From: an uncultured Acidimicrobiaceae bacterium
GTDB lineage: Bacteria > Actinomycetota > Acidimicrobiia > Acidimicrobiales > VFJN01
Assembly (NCBI GenBank): GCA_964448525.1
Contig: CAYUXB010000004.1
Coordinates: forward strand, 1-42,475
Direction: 5' to 3'
DNA length: 42,475 bases
The number at the start of each line of letters is the position of its first letter. Position 1 is the first letter of the stretch. Both the position numbers and the translations under genes were made by a program. The notes below the pieces were generated by a model. It saw only the letters and a list, made by a program, of their open reading frames with translations. It ran no database searches and was not told the DNA's origin. Positions 33,965 through 42,475 of this stretch are shown here, in pieces.

Positions 33965-34873
33965 ATGCGCAAGGCCGTGGCTGCCGCACTGGGGACCTTG
34001 TGCGCGCTCGTGGCGCTCTGTCCGGCCGACCGCCCGGACGCCGCGGCGAGCACCGAGGCCGCGGCACCCACGACGCCCTCGGCCTCGGGGGACAGCCTCG
34101 GCATCCGCGCCACGCTGCAGCGATCACGCCTGTTCGAGATGCAGCGTGGGGTGCGGGTGAACCTGCGCAACGAGGGCGCCGAGGACGTCCGGGTCGAGGC
34201 GGTCCAGCTCGACTCGCCGTGGTTCGAGACCGTGATGCCCGAGCCGCGCGACCCGGTCCTGCGGGCCGGCGACAGCCCGGTCGGCATGCCCGTGCCGTTC
34301 GGCGACGCCCGCTGCGACGGCGACACCGGCGACCCGACGCTCGTGGTCCTCACCATCGGCGGCGAGGACGTGGCGGTCACGGCCGAGGAGCGCCCGGCCG
34401 GGCTCCTCGCCGGGCTCCACGACGCCGAGTGCGACGTCGCCGCCGTGTGGGAGCACGTCGACCTGCGCCTCGGCGATCGTTGGACGCGCACCGGTCCCCG
34501 GACGGTCGTCGGTGCGATCGAGGTGTCCCTGCTCGATCCCGCAGCCACGGTGGCGGTGCTCGGGGTCGAGGGCAACGTGATCTTCGACCTCGACCTCGAC
34601 GAGGACCTCGACGCCACGACCGACGCCACGATCGACGCCGCCGAGCGGTCCGATCCGCTGGTGGAGATCGACGACGACCGGCCGTCCGGCAGCATCGCGG
34701 TCGGTCTCACGGCCTCACGCTGCGACCCCCACGCCCTCATCGAGTACAAGCGGACGTTCACGTTCGTCGCCCTCGTCGACACCGGCGGGGACGAACCGGT
34801 GCGGGTCGACGTGACGGCCGAGGGCGCCGCGCAGGAGGCGTTGCAGGCGTCCCTCACCGCGTGCATCGGTTGA
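33965..34873 (+). CDS. secreted hypothetical protein
   Basis: Signal-like MRKAVAAALGTLCALVALC, then an acidic 270-aa domain with 4 Cys. It is divergent from the TetR gene. I recognise no family. Confidence 0.65.
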   Translation: MRKAVAAALGTLCALVALCPADRPDAAASTEAAAPTTPSASGDSLGIRATLQRSRLFEMQRGVRVNLRNEGAEDVRVEAVQLDSPWFETVMPEPRDPVLRAGDSPVGMPVPFGDARCDGDTGDPTLVVLTIGGEDVAVTAEERPAGLLAGLHDAECDVAAVWEHVDLRLGDRWTRTGPRTVVGAIEVSLLDPAATVAVLGVEGNVIFDLDLDEDLDATTDATIDAAERSDPLVEIDDDRPSGSIAVGLTASRCDPHALIEYKRTFTFVALVDTGGDEPVRVDVTAEGAAQEALQASLTACIG

Positions 34874-34939
34874 GGTGCGTCACGTGACCCGTTCCGGTCC
34901 AGACTCGACGTTCGGTCGCTCCACGAGGCGAGGTGTCGT

Positions 34940-35905
34940 GTGGGGATCCTGATCCGGACATCCGACCTGCCGCCCTCGCGCCGCCGCGAGGCCTGGCGCG
35001 AGCTGGTGTGCGAGGCGCTCGGACCGCTCGAGATGCGCATCGACCCGGACGCCCCGTTGCACGGCGTGGTCGAGGCCGCCGAGGTCGGCTCGATCGGTGT
35101 GGGCCGCGTGGCGACGACCACCCGCCACAGCGTCCACCGCACCTCCGCGCTCGTGCGGCGTGCGAGCCCGGAGGTGCACCGGCTGGTCCTGGCCGTGTCG
35201 GGCCGGCCCCGGGTGGCCCAGGACGATCGGACGGTGCGGCTGGAGGCCGGGCAGTTCACGATCTACGACTTCACCCGTCCCTACGACCTCGACTACGACG
35301 GCGCCGTCGAGCTCGCGGTGTTCACGCTCCCCCACGGCTCGCTGACCTTGCCGTTCGACGCGCTCACCCACCTCACCGCCGTGCCGATCGACGGCACGAC
35401 CGGCACCGGCGCGCTGACCGCCTCGTTGCTCGGACGGGTGGCGACCGAGCAGAGCACCTACCGGCCGGCGAGCGCAGCCCGGCTCTCCACGGTGATGACC
35501 GACCTCGTCAGCGCGGCGCTCGCCGAGCGGCTCGACGAGCCGGACGTCGTGGCTGCCGACTCGCAGGAGCGCCTGCTCGTCCTGCGGGTCCGCGCCTTCA
35601 TCGAGCAGAACCTCGGCGATCTGCGGCTCGACCCGCCCACGGTGGCCGCCGCCCACCACCTGTCGGTCCGGCATCTGCACCGGCTGTTCGAGCACGAGCA
35701 CACGACGGTGGCGGCGTGGATCCGCGACCGGCGCCTCGAACGCTGCCGCGCCGACCTGATCGACCCGGCGCTGCGCGACCGCCCGGTCAGCGCGGTCGCC
35801 GCCCGCTGGGGGCTGACCGACCCCGCGCACTTCAGTCGGCTGTTCCGTCGCACCTACGGGGTGTCGCCGACCGAGCACCGCCGCGCCCACCTCGCCCCCG
35901 CCTGA
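34940..35905 (+). CDS. AraC-family transcriptional regulator (AraC-binding-like N-terminus)
   Basis: The C-terminus has VAAAHHLSVRHLHRLF and VAARWGLTDPAHFSRLFRRTYGVSP. Confidence 0.9.
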   Translation: MGILIRTSDLPPSRRREAWRELVCEALGPLEMRIDPDAPLHGVVEAAEVGSIGVGRVATTTRHSVHRTSALVRRASPEVHRLVLAVSGRPRVAQDDRTVRLEAGQFTIYDFTRPYDLDYDGAVELAVFTLPHGSLTLPFDALTHLTAVPIDGTTGTGALTASLLGRVATEQSTYRPASAARLSTVMTDLVSAALAERLDEPDVVAADSQERLLVLRVRAFIEQNLGDLRLDPPTVAAAHHLSVRHLHRLFEHEHTTVAAWIRDRRLERCRADLIDPALRDRPVSAVAARWGLTDPAHFSRLFRRTYGVSPTEHRRAHLAPA

Positions 35906-36081
35906 CCGGCCCGCCTGACCGGCCCGACCGACCGGCCCGACTGCGGGGTGTCGCCGGCCGGACCTGGCGCCCACGGTCAAGGCACCCGGCACGCATGGGC
36001 AAGACCCGGCGACGCGAGACGCGGATGATCATCGAGCGTCCCGCCACCACAGGGGTGGCGCCCAACGAGAGGACATCCGCC

Positions 36082-36474
36082 ATGGCCAACCAGCTGTTCG
36101 TCAACGTCCCGGTCAAGGACCTGGCCCGGTCCAAGGCCTTCTTCACCGAGCTCGGCTTCGACTTCTTCGGCATGGCCCCCACCATGGCCTCGGTCGTCAT
36201 CACCGAGACCGCCCAGGTCATGCTGCTCGAGGAGGACACCTTCGCCGGCTACGCCAGCAGGCCCGCGAGCGATCCTTCGGCCACCACCGCAGCGATCCTG
36301 GTGCTGGGGATGGACGATCCGGAGCAGGTCGACGCGCTCGTCGACAAGGCCCTCGCCGCCGGCGCCACCCCGGCCGGAACACCGCAGACGGGCGAGGGCC
36401 GCTACCAGCGCGGGTTCGCCGACCTCGACGGCCACCACTGGGAGGCGCTGTGCCTGGTCGCCCCCGACGCCTGA
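36082..36474 (+). CDS. VOC (glyoxalase/bleomycin-resistance fold) family protein
   Basis: ATG 36082 follows GAGAGGA. Contains LFVNVPVKDLARSKAFFTELGF and FADLDGHHWE. Confidence 0.85.
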   Translation: MANQLFVNVPVKDLARSKAFFTELGFDFFGMAPTMASVVITETAQVMLLEEDTFAGYASRPASDPSATTAAILVLGMDDPEQVDALVDKALAAGATPAGTPQTGEGRYQRGFADLDGHHWEALCLVAPDA

Positions 36475-36497
36475 CCACGGTGGCCGGGACGGCGCCC

Positions 36498-37322
36498 GTG
36501 ACCGAGTTCGGGACCGAGTCCGGGGTCGTCCGCTCCGCCGATGGCACCGCCCTGGCGTTCGACCGCAGCGGCGAGGGCCCGGCGGTGATCCTGGTGCACG
36601 GCGCCTTCACCGACCGGACCCACCCCCTCGTCGCGGCGGTCGCGACCCACCTGGCCCCCTGGTTCACCGTGCTCAACTACGACCGTCGGGGGCGGGGAGC
36701 CAGCGGCGACACCCTTCCGTACGCGGTCGAGCGCGAGGTCGAGGACCTGGCCGCGCTCGTCGACGCGGCAGGTGGGTCGGCGATGGTCTTCGGCGGATCG
36801 TCGGGTGCCGGCCTCGTGGCCGAGGCGGCGGCCCGGCTGTCCGCCATCGCCGCCATCGCGCTGTGGGAGCCGCCCTACCACGTGGGCGACGGTGCGCCCC
36901 ATGTGCCTGACGACTTCGGCGCCCAGCTCGACCGGCTGGTGGCGGCAGGTCGTCGGGGCGACGCGGTCGCCCGCTTCATGACCGAGGCCGCGGAGGTGCC
37001 CGCCGCGGTAGTCGCCGCCATGCGCGCCGAACCCTCGTGGGCCGAGCTGGAGGCCATGGCCCACACGTTGGGGCGTGAAGCAGCGGTGATGGGCCCGGGG
37101 AACGCCCTACCCGCGGCCCGGCTGGCGCAGGTGACCCAGCCCACGCTGGTCCTGACGGGCGGGGAGAGCCCGGCCTGGTTGACGCGGGCCGGCGAGGCGG
37201 TGGCCGCAGCGGTCCCGCGGGCGGTGCACCGCGTGCTCGCTGGTCAGACCCACGGGGTCGAGGCGGTGCCCCTGGCCTCGGAGCTGCTCGAGTTCTTCAC
37301 GACGGTCGACGCCCCGCGGTGA
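36498..37322 (+). CDS. alpha/beta hydrolase
   Basis: Contains VILVHGAFTD, NYDRRGRGASGD and VFGGSSGAG. The start is GTG 36498 or GTG 36450. Confidence 0.8.
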   Translation: MTEFGTESGVVRSADGTALAFDRSGEGPAVILVHGAFTDRTHPLVAAVATHLAPWFTVLNYDRRGRGASGDTLPYAVEREVEDLAALVDAAGGSAMVFGGSSGAGLVAEAAARLSAIAAIALWEPPYHVGDGAPHVPDDFGAQLDRLVAAGRRGDAVARFMTEAAEVPAAVVAAMRAEPSWAELEAMAHTLGREAAVMGPGNALPAARLAQVTQPTLVLTGGESPAWLTRAGEAVAAAVPRAVHRVLAGQTHGVEAVPLASELLEFFTTVDAPR

Positions 37323-38370
37323 CCGCGTCGGTGGCGCGACGGAGCTCGCCGGCGAACTCGGCGACGGCCTCGTCCGCGACCTGGTAGCCGGGGAAGTAGG
37401 CGCAGATGCGGTCCGCCCAGTCGCCGTACCTCGCCACGATCTCCTCGGCGCAGTGGCGGGGCGTGCCGTAGACGGCGAGCGTGTGCAGCACCTCGTCGTC
37501 GACGAGACCCGCCATCGTCTGCCAATCGCCGGCCTTGGACAGCCGGTTGAGCTCCGGCTGCAGCTCGCCCCAGCCGTGGACATCGAGCACCGCCCGGTAC
37601 GCCGGCGTCGAGCCGTAGAAGCCGAGGATGCCGGTGATGCGTCTCGCCTCCGCCAACTCCTCCTCGGTGCGGCCGAGCCCGACGATGACCTCGACCGTGA
37701 TCTCGATGTCGTCGCGGTCGCGACCGGCGGCGGCGAGGCCCCGCTCGATCGCGGGGATCGTCCGCTCGGCCATGTGACGACCGCTGTTGAAGGGCATCAC
37801 CAGGATGCCGTCGGCGACCTCGGCCGCCATCTGGTTCATCCGGGGGCCCAGCGCCCCGACGAGGACCTGGGGAACGCCGTGGGGGTTGGGGCCCGGGTCG
37901 AAGGCGGGGGTCATCAAGGTGTGGCGTGTGTACTCGCCCTCGAAGGCCAACGGCGTGCCGTCCTGCCAGTGGGCGAGGATCGCCTTGGTGGCCAGCACCC
38001 ACTCCCGCATCTGTGCCACCGGTTTGCCCCACCGGCTGCCGTACCGGTTCACGACGTGCGCCCGCACCTGGCTGCCGAGACCGAGGCTGAAGCGGCCACC
38101 GCTGAGCTGGTGCAGGTCGTAGGCCGTCTGGGCGAGGTGCATGGGCGAGCGGGGAAAGGCGATCGCGACGTTGGTGTAGAGGTCGAGGGAGCACACGGGC
38201 GCCGCCGCCGCGAGCGGCAGGAACAGATCGTGGGCGTTCTCGAACGAGAACGCGCCGTCGACCCCCATCTCCTCCAGCACCCTCGCCCGGTCGACGGCGT
38301 CGATCACCGAGTTCGAGAGCTGCACGTCGAGCTTGAGCCGTCGTCGCCCTCGGTCCACGTCATCACCCAC
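37297..38370 (-). CDS. LLM-class F420-dependent oxidoreductase (TIGR03617-like)
   Basis: GTG 38370 follows GGAGGA. Contains GRFSLGLGSQVRAHVVNRYG and MPFNSGRHMAE. Its 3' end overlaps the convergent hydrolase by 26 nt. Confidence 0.85.
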   Translation of the reverse strand: MGDDVDRGRRRLKLDVQLSNSVIDAVDRARVLEEMGVDGAFSFENAHDLFLPLAAAAPVCSLDLYTNVAIAFPRSPMHLAQTAYDLHQLSGGRFSLGLGSQVRAHVVNRYGSRWGKPVAQMREWVLATKAILAHWQDGTPLAFEGEYTRHTLMTPAFDPGPNPHGVPQVLVGALGPRMNQMAAEVADGILVMPFNSGRHMAERTIPAIERGLAAAGRDRDDIEITVEVIVGLGRTEEELAEARRITGILGFYGSTPAYRAVLDVHGWGELQPELNRLSKAGDWQTMAGLVDDEVLHTLAVYGTPRHCAEEIVARYGDWADRICAYFPGYQVADEAVAEFAGELRRATDAVTAGRRPS

Positions 38371-38582
38371 GGTCGTCCTCCCCGTTCCCCATCGGCGCGG
38401 AGACTACGCGGCGACGACCGTGACGGGGCCATCGGGGCCCGGGCGCGCCGGTGCCCTCCCGGTGGATCGGAGGGCATGGCCGGAGCCACGCCGCCCGATG
38501 CCGGAAGGGCACCTGGCGGACCGGTCAGGCCGTGTGGCCGTGACCGTGCGAACGATCGGGCAGGAGCCCGGCGTTCAGGGAG

Positions 38583-39530
38583 CTAGCACCACCACTCCCA
38601 CCAGTTGCACTCGTCGTCCGGCGGCGTGGTCGTGGGCGGTGTGCCGCCCCCGCCACCGGGACCGGGGCAGGTGTCACGCCATTCCGAGTAGTCGGAGCTC
38701 GACGGAGCCGGGCACAGCATGGACTCGTAGCGGGTGTCGTCGTCGACGAACCGCTTCAGCCAGCTGATCATGGCGTACGCCTGGTCGTCCGGGTTGGTGG
38801 CGGCGGCCATGTGCGACTCGCCGCGCAGCTCGACGTAGGCCTGCTCCTGGGCACTCATGCTGCCGTAGAACCGCTCGGAGTGCGACGAGACCGACGCGAT
38901 CGAGTCGTTCTGGGCACCGATGATCATGGTCGGCACGTCGATGTTCGACCAGCTCTTGGAGCTGTGCCAGGGCTGCAGCGGCACGGCGGCCTGCAGGTCG
39001 GGACGGTCGTTGGCGGCCTCGAGCGTGCCGCCACCGCCCATCGAGTGACCGGCGACGGCCAACCGCGACGCGTCGATCCGGGTGCGCACGGAGCTGCTCT
39101 CGACCAGGTAGTCGAGGGCTCGCAGCATCTGATCGCCCCGGCTCGGCGGGAAGTCGGATCGGGTGTTGGTGTCGATGGCGAACACCACGAAACCGTGCGA
39201 CGCCACCCGCTCGGCCAGCCCGGAGTAGGTGCTGGCACCCGCGGTGAAGCCCGGGGCGAGGACGACCCCGCCGAACGTGCCGTCGCTCGTGCTGGTCGGG
39301 TAGTAGATCCGACCACCGCCGAAGCCGCTCACCGACAGCCCCGACACCGATGTCGAGGTCGTGGCGTACGGCCCGCTGCGCGCCCGAAGCGACGACGCCG
39401 TCGGGTTCGGTCCCCGCTCGTACGGGTTGGACTGCGCCTCGACCGGAGACCCGGCCACGAGACCGGACAGGACCAGCGCCGCAGCGGTGACCCCTGTCCC
39501 GATGGTTGCCTTCAATGATCTGACTCTCAT
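38583..39530 (-). CDS. secreted cutinase / polyester (PET-type) hydrolase homologue with a C-terminal linker and CNWWEWWC tail
   Basis: Signal peptide, then NPYERGPNPT, SGFGGGRIYYP, ASHGFVVFAIDT, AVAGHSMGGGG, LQPWH, NDSIA, ESHM, WLKRFVDDDTRY and LCP...RDTCP. These are collinear with Thermobifida/LCC cutinases as I recall them. Confidence 0.9.
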   Translation of the reverse strand: MRVRSLKATIGTGVTAAALVLSGLVAGSPVEAQSNPYERGPNPTASSLRARSGPYATTSTSVSGLSVSGFGGGRIYYPTSTSDGTFGGVVLAPGFTAGASTYSGLAERVASHGFVVFAIDTNTRSDFPPSRGDQMLRALDYLVESSSVRTRIDASRLAVAGHSMGGGGTLEAANDRPDLQAAVPLQPWHSSKSWSNIDVPTMIIGAQNDSIASVSSHSERFYGSMSAQEQAYVELRGESHMAAATNPDDQAYAMISWLKRFVDDDTRYESMLCPAPSSSDYSEWRDTCPGPGGGGGTPPTTTPPDDECNWWEWWC

Positions 39531-39684
39531 GTTCCCCCCACGATGGAAACCACCCTCACGGGTGCAGCAGCCGGAACGGTCTGCTCGAGAGGCACCGTAG
39601 ACTGACACGGCAGTAAATTACAACCAGGAGTCCGTCACCTGGCCGGGAAGTGTCGTGGGCATCTGCCGGGGGACTCGCCGTGGG

Positions 39685-39939
39685 CTACTTGCGAAGGGCC
39701 TTGATGAGCTGCTGCTTGTTCATCGACGAGCGACCGGAGATGTCGCGGTCGCGCGCCCGGTCGAGGAGCTGGTCCTTGGTCATGTCCTCGTAGTCGGACG
39801 CTCGTCCGCCCCGACGGGCGGCCGGCTTGCCGGCATTCGAGATGCGGGCCGCCTTCGACTTGCTCATGCCCTCGTCGCGCATCGCCTCGTACTGGCGGGG
39901 CCGCTTGACGCTCGGCCCGTGACTTCCACCTCGCGGCAT
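39685..39939 (-). CDS. small Rho_N-domain protein (DUF7218 + Rho termination factor N-terminal-like)
   Basis: 84 aa with KRPRQYEAMRDEGMSKSKAARISNA and MTKDQLLDRARDRDISGRSSMNKQQLIKAL. A strong AGGAGG precedes the start. Confidence 0.8.
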   Translation of the reverse strand: MPRGGSHGPSVKRPRQYEAMRDEGMSKSKAARISNAGKPAARRGGRASDYEDMTKDQLLDRARDRDISGRSSMNKQQLIKALRK

Positions 39940-40043
39940 CGTGCCACCTCCTGGCTGGAAACCGTCCCCCGATGGCTACCCACCGTGCCGGCACGGCATG
40001 CGCACGCCGGTGTGCGACGGTCACCCGGCGGATGTCATCGGGC

Positions 40044-40925
40044 TCAGGGGCGAGGTGGTGGACCTTCCGGGTGGGTGCGCGCCACGAAGTCGAGCATGAG
40101 CGACGCAGCCACGGCCGCGTGTGTCTCGAGCAGGAAGTGGCCGGCGTCGAGCACGTGGGCTTCCATCCGGGGCAGAGATTCCATCCACGACAAGGTCTCC
40201 GCGAGGTCGAAGAACCCATCGTGCCTGCCCCACAGCATCAGGGAGGGCGGCTGCCACCGGTCGAGGTAGTCGGCGATGGCGTCGAACCGGGCGACGTGGT
40301 TCCCGTAGTCCGAGATGAGCGCCCGCTGTGTGTCCATCCGGCCGGGCAGGCACATCACCCGCCAGTCCTCCTCCCAGCTCTCCGCCGGGATCCGCGCGGC
40401 CACCTCCGGCGGCACGGTCGCGACGTACTGGTCGCGCGTCCCCTCGAACGTCAGGTGCGCCGTGGCCGCGGCCTCGTTGTCGGGACTCGGATCAGACCAG
40501 TACGCCTTCGTCGCGGCCCATTGCGGGCCGATCCCCGACGGATGGGCGTTGGCGTTCTGGACGACGAGACCCAGGACCTGTTCCGGCGCACCCATCGCGA
40601 TGTGGAGACCGACGGGCGCCCCGAAGTCGTGGAGGTAGATGTAGCGCGACCCGACGGCCAGTTGGTCGAGCACTTCCTCGACGGCCTGACCGAAAGCGGC
40701 GAACGAAGGCTCGGCCAAGACGTCGGACTCGCCGAAGCCCGGGAGGTCGGGCGCCACCACGTAGGCCGTCCGGGCCAGGGCGGGCACGACGTCCCGGAAC
40801 GAACGAGCCGAGGCCGGGAACCCGTGCAGGAGCAGCACCGCAGGGTTGGACGGCTCGCCTGCCGTGACGACGGACAGCTCGCTACCACCGGACAGGCGGA
40901 GTCGTTGCCGGGTCGCCGGGCGCAT
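40044..40925 (-). CDS. alpha/beta hydrolase (epoxide-hydrolase / haloalkane-dehalogenase-like, Asp nucleophile)
   Basis: Contains LLLHGFPASARSF, PDLPGFGES and IYLHDFGAPVG. It has no signal peptide. Confidence 0.85.
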   Translation of the reverse strand: MRPATRQRLRLSGGSELSVVTAGEPSNPAVLLLHGFPASARSFRDVVPALARTAYVVAPDLPGFGESDVLAEPSFAAFGQAVEEVLDQLAVGSRYIYLHDFGAPVGLHIAMGAPEQVLGLVVQNANAHPSGIGPQWAATKAYWSDPSPDNEAAATAHLTFEGTRDQYVATVPPEVAARIPAESWEEDWRVMCLPGRMDTQRALISDYGNHVARFDAIADYLDRWQPPSLMLWGRHDGFFDLAETLSWMESLPRMEAHVLDAGHFLLETHAAVAASLMLDFVARTHPEGPPPRP

Positions 40926-41166
40926 GCCGGTCTCCTCTCCCGGGCCGGGCGGCCGACCCGTCGGGTCTTCGCCCGCCGCCGCGAGTACTTCCCGCCCGAG
41001 CGGCGATCGAGCCGCGAGAGCCGCGTGCGTGAGCGGGTCACCGCGCCTGTGACGGTTTCACCAGGGCGCCCGCCCGCGCACCTGCCCGCAGCGGACTGCG
41101 GACAGGCACGTCGGTGGATGGTCCGGACCAGCCGGCGTCCGGCACGGCCCGCTGGCGAAGGCCGGG

Positions 41167-42261
41167 TCAGGCCTGACAGCTGTCGACGCGCTCCCAGGTG
41201 CCCGGAGCGGTCTGGCGCAGTGCCGTCGTCTGGAAAGAGAAGCCGAGCAGGTCGTCCGAGCCGATCGCCCGGATGAAGATCAGCTGGCGCGCCGCCCGAC
41301 CCGCCTGCAGGTGGGCGCCGTTCGTGGCCTGCACGCACTCGCCGGTGGGCGGCGCGGTGGTCGTGGTGGACCCGCCCGGGGTCGACGTCGTCGTGGTGGA
41401 GGGCGGAATCGTGTCCTGGAGGCGGGCGTTGGCCACGTACTCCCACTCCCCCGACGCGCACAGCCCGCAGTTCGCCCCGACGAAGACCCCGCGGCCATTG
41501 GTGTCGGCGGCGAGCTGCCAGCGCGCCCAGGCGGTCGCGGGACCGCGGAATCCGCCGGCATTGCCGACCGGCGTGAAGTGGGTGGCCCCGGCCAGTTCCG
41601 CGTAGGCGGCGGGGATGCCGCTCGACTGGTCGAAGCTGGCCCGCACCGTCGACGGCTGGATGATCGTGTCGGCCTCACCGGCGAAGTAGAGAGCGGTGGC
41701 CGTCGTCCCGCGGGGGCCGCCGTAGCCCTGGAGGGGGAAGACGGTGTCGATGCGGGCGTCACGGGTGACGGCGATGGCCCCGCCCGCGCCCTGCGAGTGC
41801 CCCGTGGCGCCCACGTTGTCGAGGTCGAGGTGACCGAAGAACCGGTTGCCGCTCTGACCGTTGAACCTCGTGAGGTTGTCGAGCCCGGCCAGCATCTCGT
41901 TGCCGCTGCCGGCGTTCGACGTGTTGGCCGCGGCCACGACGAAGCCGTGGGACGCGAGATGGCGGAGGAACCCGTCGTACACGCTGGGGCTGGTGCCCGT
42001 GCCGTTGCCCCACAGCACGATCGGGTGGTCGATGCCCCCCTGCCCCAGCGTGCTGGGGCTGTAGTAGGTGTGCGCCGTGTCGTTCTGCACCGTCACCTGG
42101 AACGGCCCGGTGGCGGCGAAGTCGTCGCCGACCGACGGGAGGCCTGGCGCTTGGGCGTCGGCCTCCTCCGGTGTGGCCGCGAACAACGCGGCCCCGAGCA
42201 CCGAGACGAGCAGCAGGTACAGCAGATGGCGCAGTCGAAGGCGTGTCAGGGACGTGTCCAT
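41167..42261 (-). CDS. secreted cutinase/chlorophyllase-like alpha/beta hydrolase with a Thr-rich linker and a Cys-bounded C-terminal module
   Basis: ATG 42261 follows GGAGGAAACCC. Signal peptide, then IVLWGNGTG, ASHGFVVAAAN, ATGHSQGAGG, GEADTI and GATHF. The linker is PPSTTTTSTPGGSTTTTAPPT. The tail is GECVQATNGAHLQAGRAA...ALRQTAPGTWERVDSC. Confidence 0.8.
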   Translation of the reverse strand: MDTSLTRLRLRHLLYLLLVSVLGAALFAATPEEADAQAPGLPSVGDDFAATGPFQVTVQNDTAHTYYSPSTLGQGGIDHPIVLWGNGTGTSPSVYDGFLRHLASHGFVVAAANTSNAGSGNEMLAGLDNLTRFNGQSGNRFFGHLDLDNVGATGHSQGAGGAIAVTRDARIDTVFPLQGYGGPRGTTATALYFAGEADTIIQPSTVRASFDQSSGIPAAYAELAGATHFTPVGNAGGFRGPATAWARWQLAADTNGRGVFVGANCGLCASGEWEYVANARLQDTIPPSTTTTSTPGGSTTTTAPPTGECVQATNGAHLQAGRAARQLIFIRAIGSDDLLGFSFQTTALRQTAPGTWERVDSCQA

Positions 42262-42305
42262 GGGTTTCCTCCAGCTCCCAGCGGCCACCCGCGGCCGCCA
42301 TTGAA

Positions 42306-42351
42306 CCAGAACATGAAACCGACCTCAAGGTCGGTAGCGGCCACGTTCTGG
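42306..42351. promoter_or_regulatory. Nested inverted repeat CCAGAAC-..ACCGACC-tcaa-GGTCGGT..-GTTCTGG upstream of the hydrolase gene
   Basis: The outer 7-bp arms (42306-12 and 42345-51) and the inner 7-bp arms (42318-24 and 42329-35) are both perfect. Confidence 0.3.
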
Positions 42352-42475
42352 CCCACTCGCGTCGGCAACCGCCCGTCGCGACCTCCGGCGACCCGGGCGA
42401 GCGCGACCCGCGAGCCGGAGAGCCGCATCGCATCCCTCCTCGGCGTGGCCCCCGGAGTGTCGTCGTCCGGCTCCC

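Noticed and set aside
35900-35950. gaccggcccg reiterated about 4 times after the AraC stop codon
   Set aside because: This is a short simple-sequence slippage tract with no hairpin potential or coding role that I can support.
37297-37322. 26-nt overlap of the 3' ends of the convergent hydrolase and LLM oxidoreductase genes
   Set aside because: Convergent 3' overlaps of this size are common in compact GC-rich genomes, and there is no evidence of special function. It may also reflect uncertainty about which residues belong to the true C-termini.

Overview
42.5 kb of very GC-rich chromosome. Third codon positions are almost all G/C, so long spurious ORFs occur on both strands. Marker genes (mycothiol-type DinB/MDMPI enzyme, F420-type LLM oxidoreductase, LarBC) point to an actinobacterium. 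I support about 44 protein genes, one tRNA-Ser(UGA), one decayed gene, and several repeats and palindromes. I saw no rRNA, CRISPR array, transposase, integrase or reverse transcriptase. Most of the window is ordinary housekeeping or accessory metabolism: pheA, larB-larC, MFS exporter, HAD, MBL, nitronate monooxygenase, ketopantoate-reductase family, TetR/AraC regulators, and two PIN-type toxin-antitoxin pairs. I did not find a clear multi-gene system that is obviously new. The best leads follow. (1) At 38.6-42.3 kb, two secreted cutinase/PET-hydrolase-like enzymes each have a Thr/Pro linker and a different Cys-bounded C-terminal module. One ends in a very unusual CNWWEWWC tail. (2) A 20-nt duplicate of the tRNA-Ser 3' end lies 0.9 kb from the tRNA. 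It brackets only a vapBC-like pair and sits beside a frameshifted AlbA_2/Schlafen-like gene, so it looks like a remnant integrative island. (3) The ASCH/TetR divergent intergenic region (15.04-15.34 kb) is packed with two different ~33-bp tandem repeats and two copies of a 17-bp palindrome. (4) A 959-aa zinc-ribbon polytopic membrane protein carries a perfect 33-bp x3.5 in-frame repeat and lies next to an orphan polytopic HisKA_3 kinase. (5) A DsbA-like/MDMPI/unknown/MFS operon sits behind a perfect 16-bp palindrome that doubles as a -35 element. All functional calls come from motif recognition by eye; no database searches were run.
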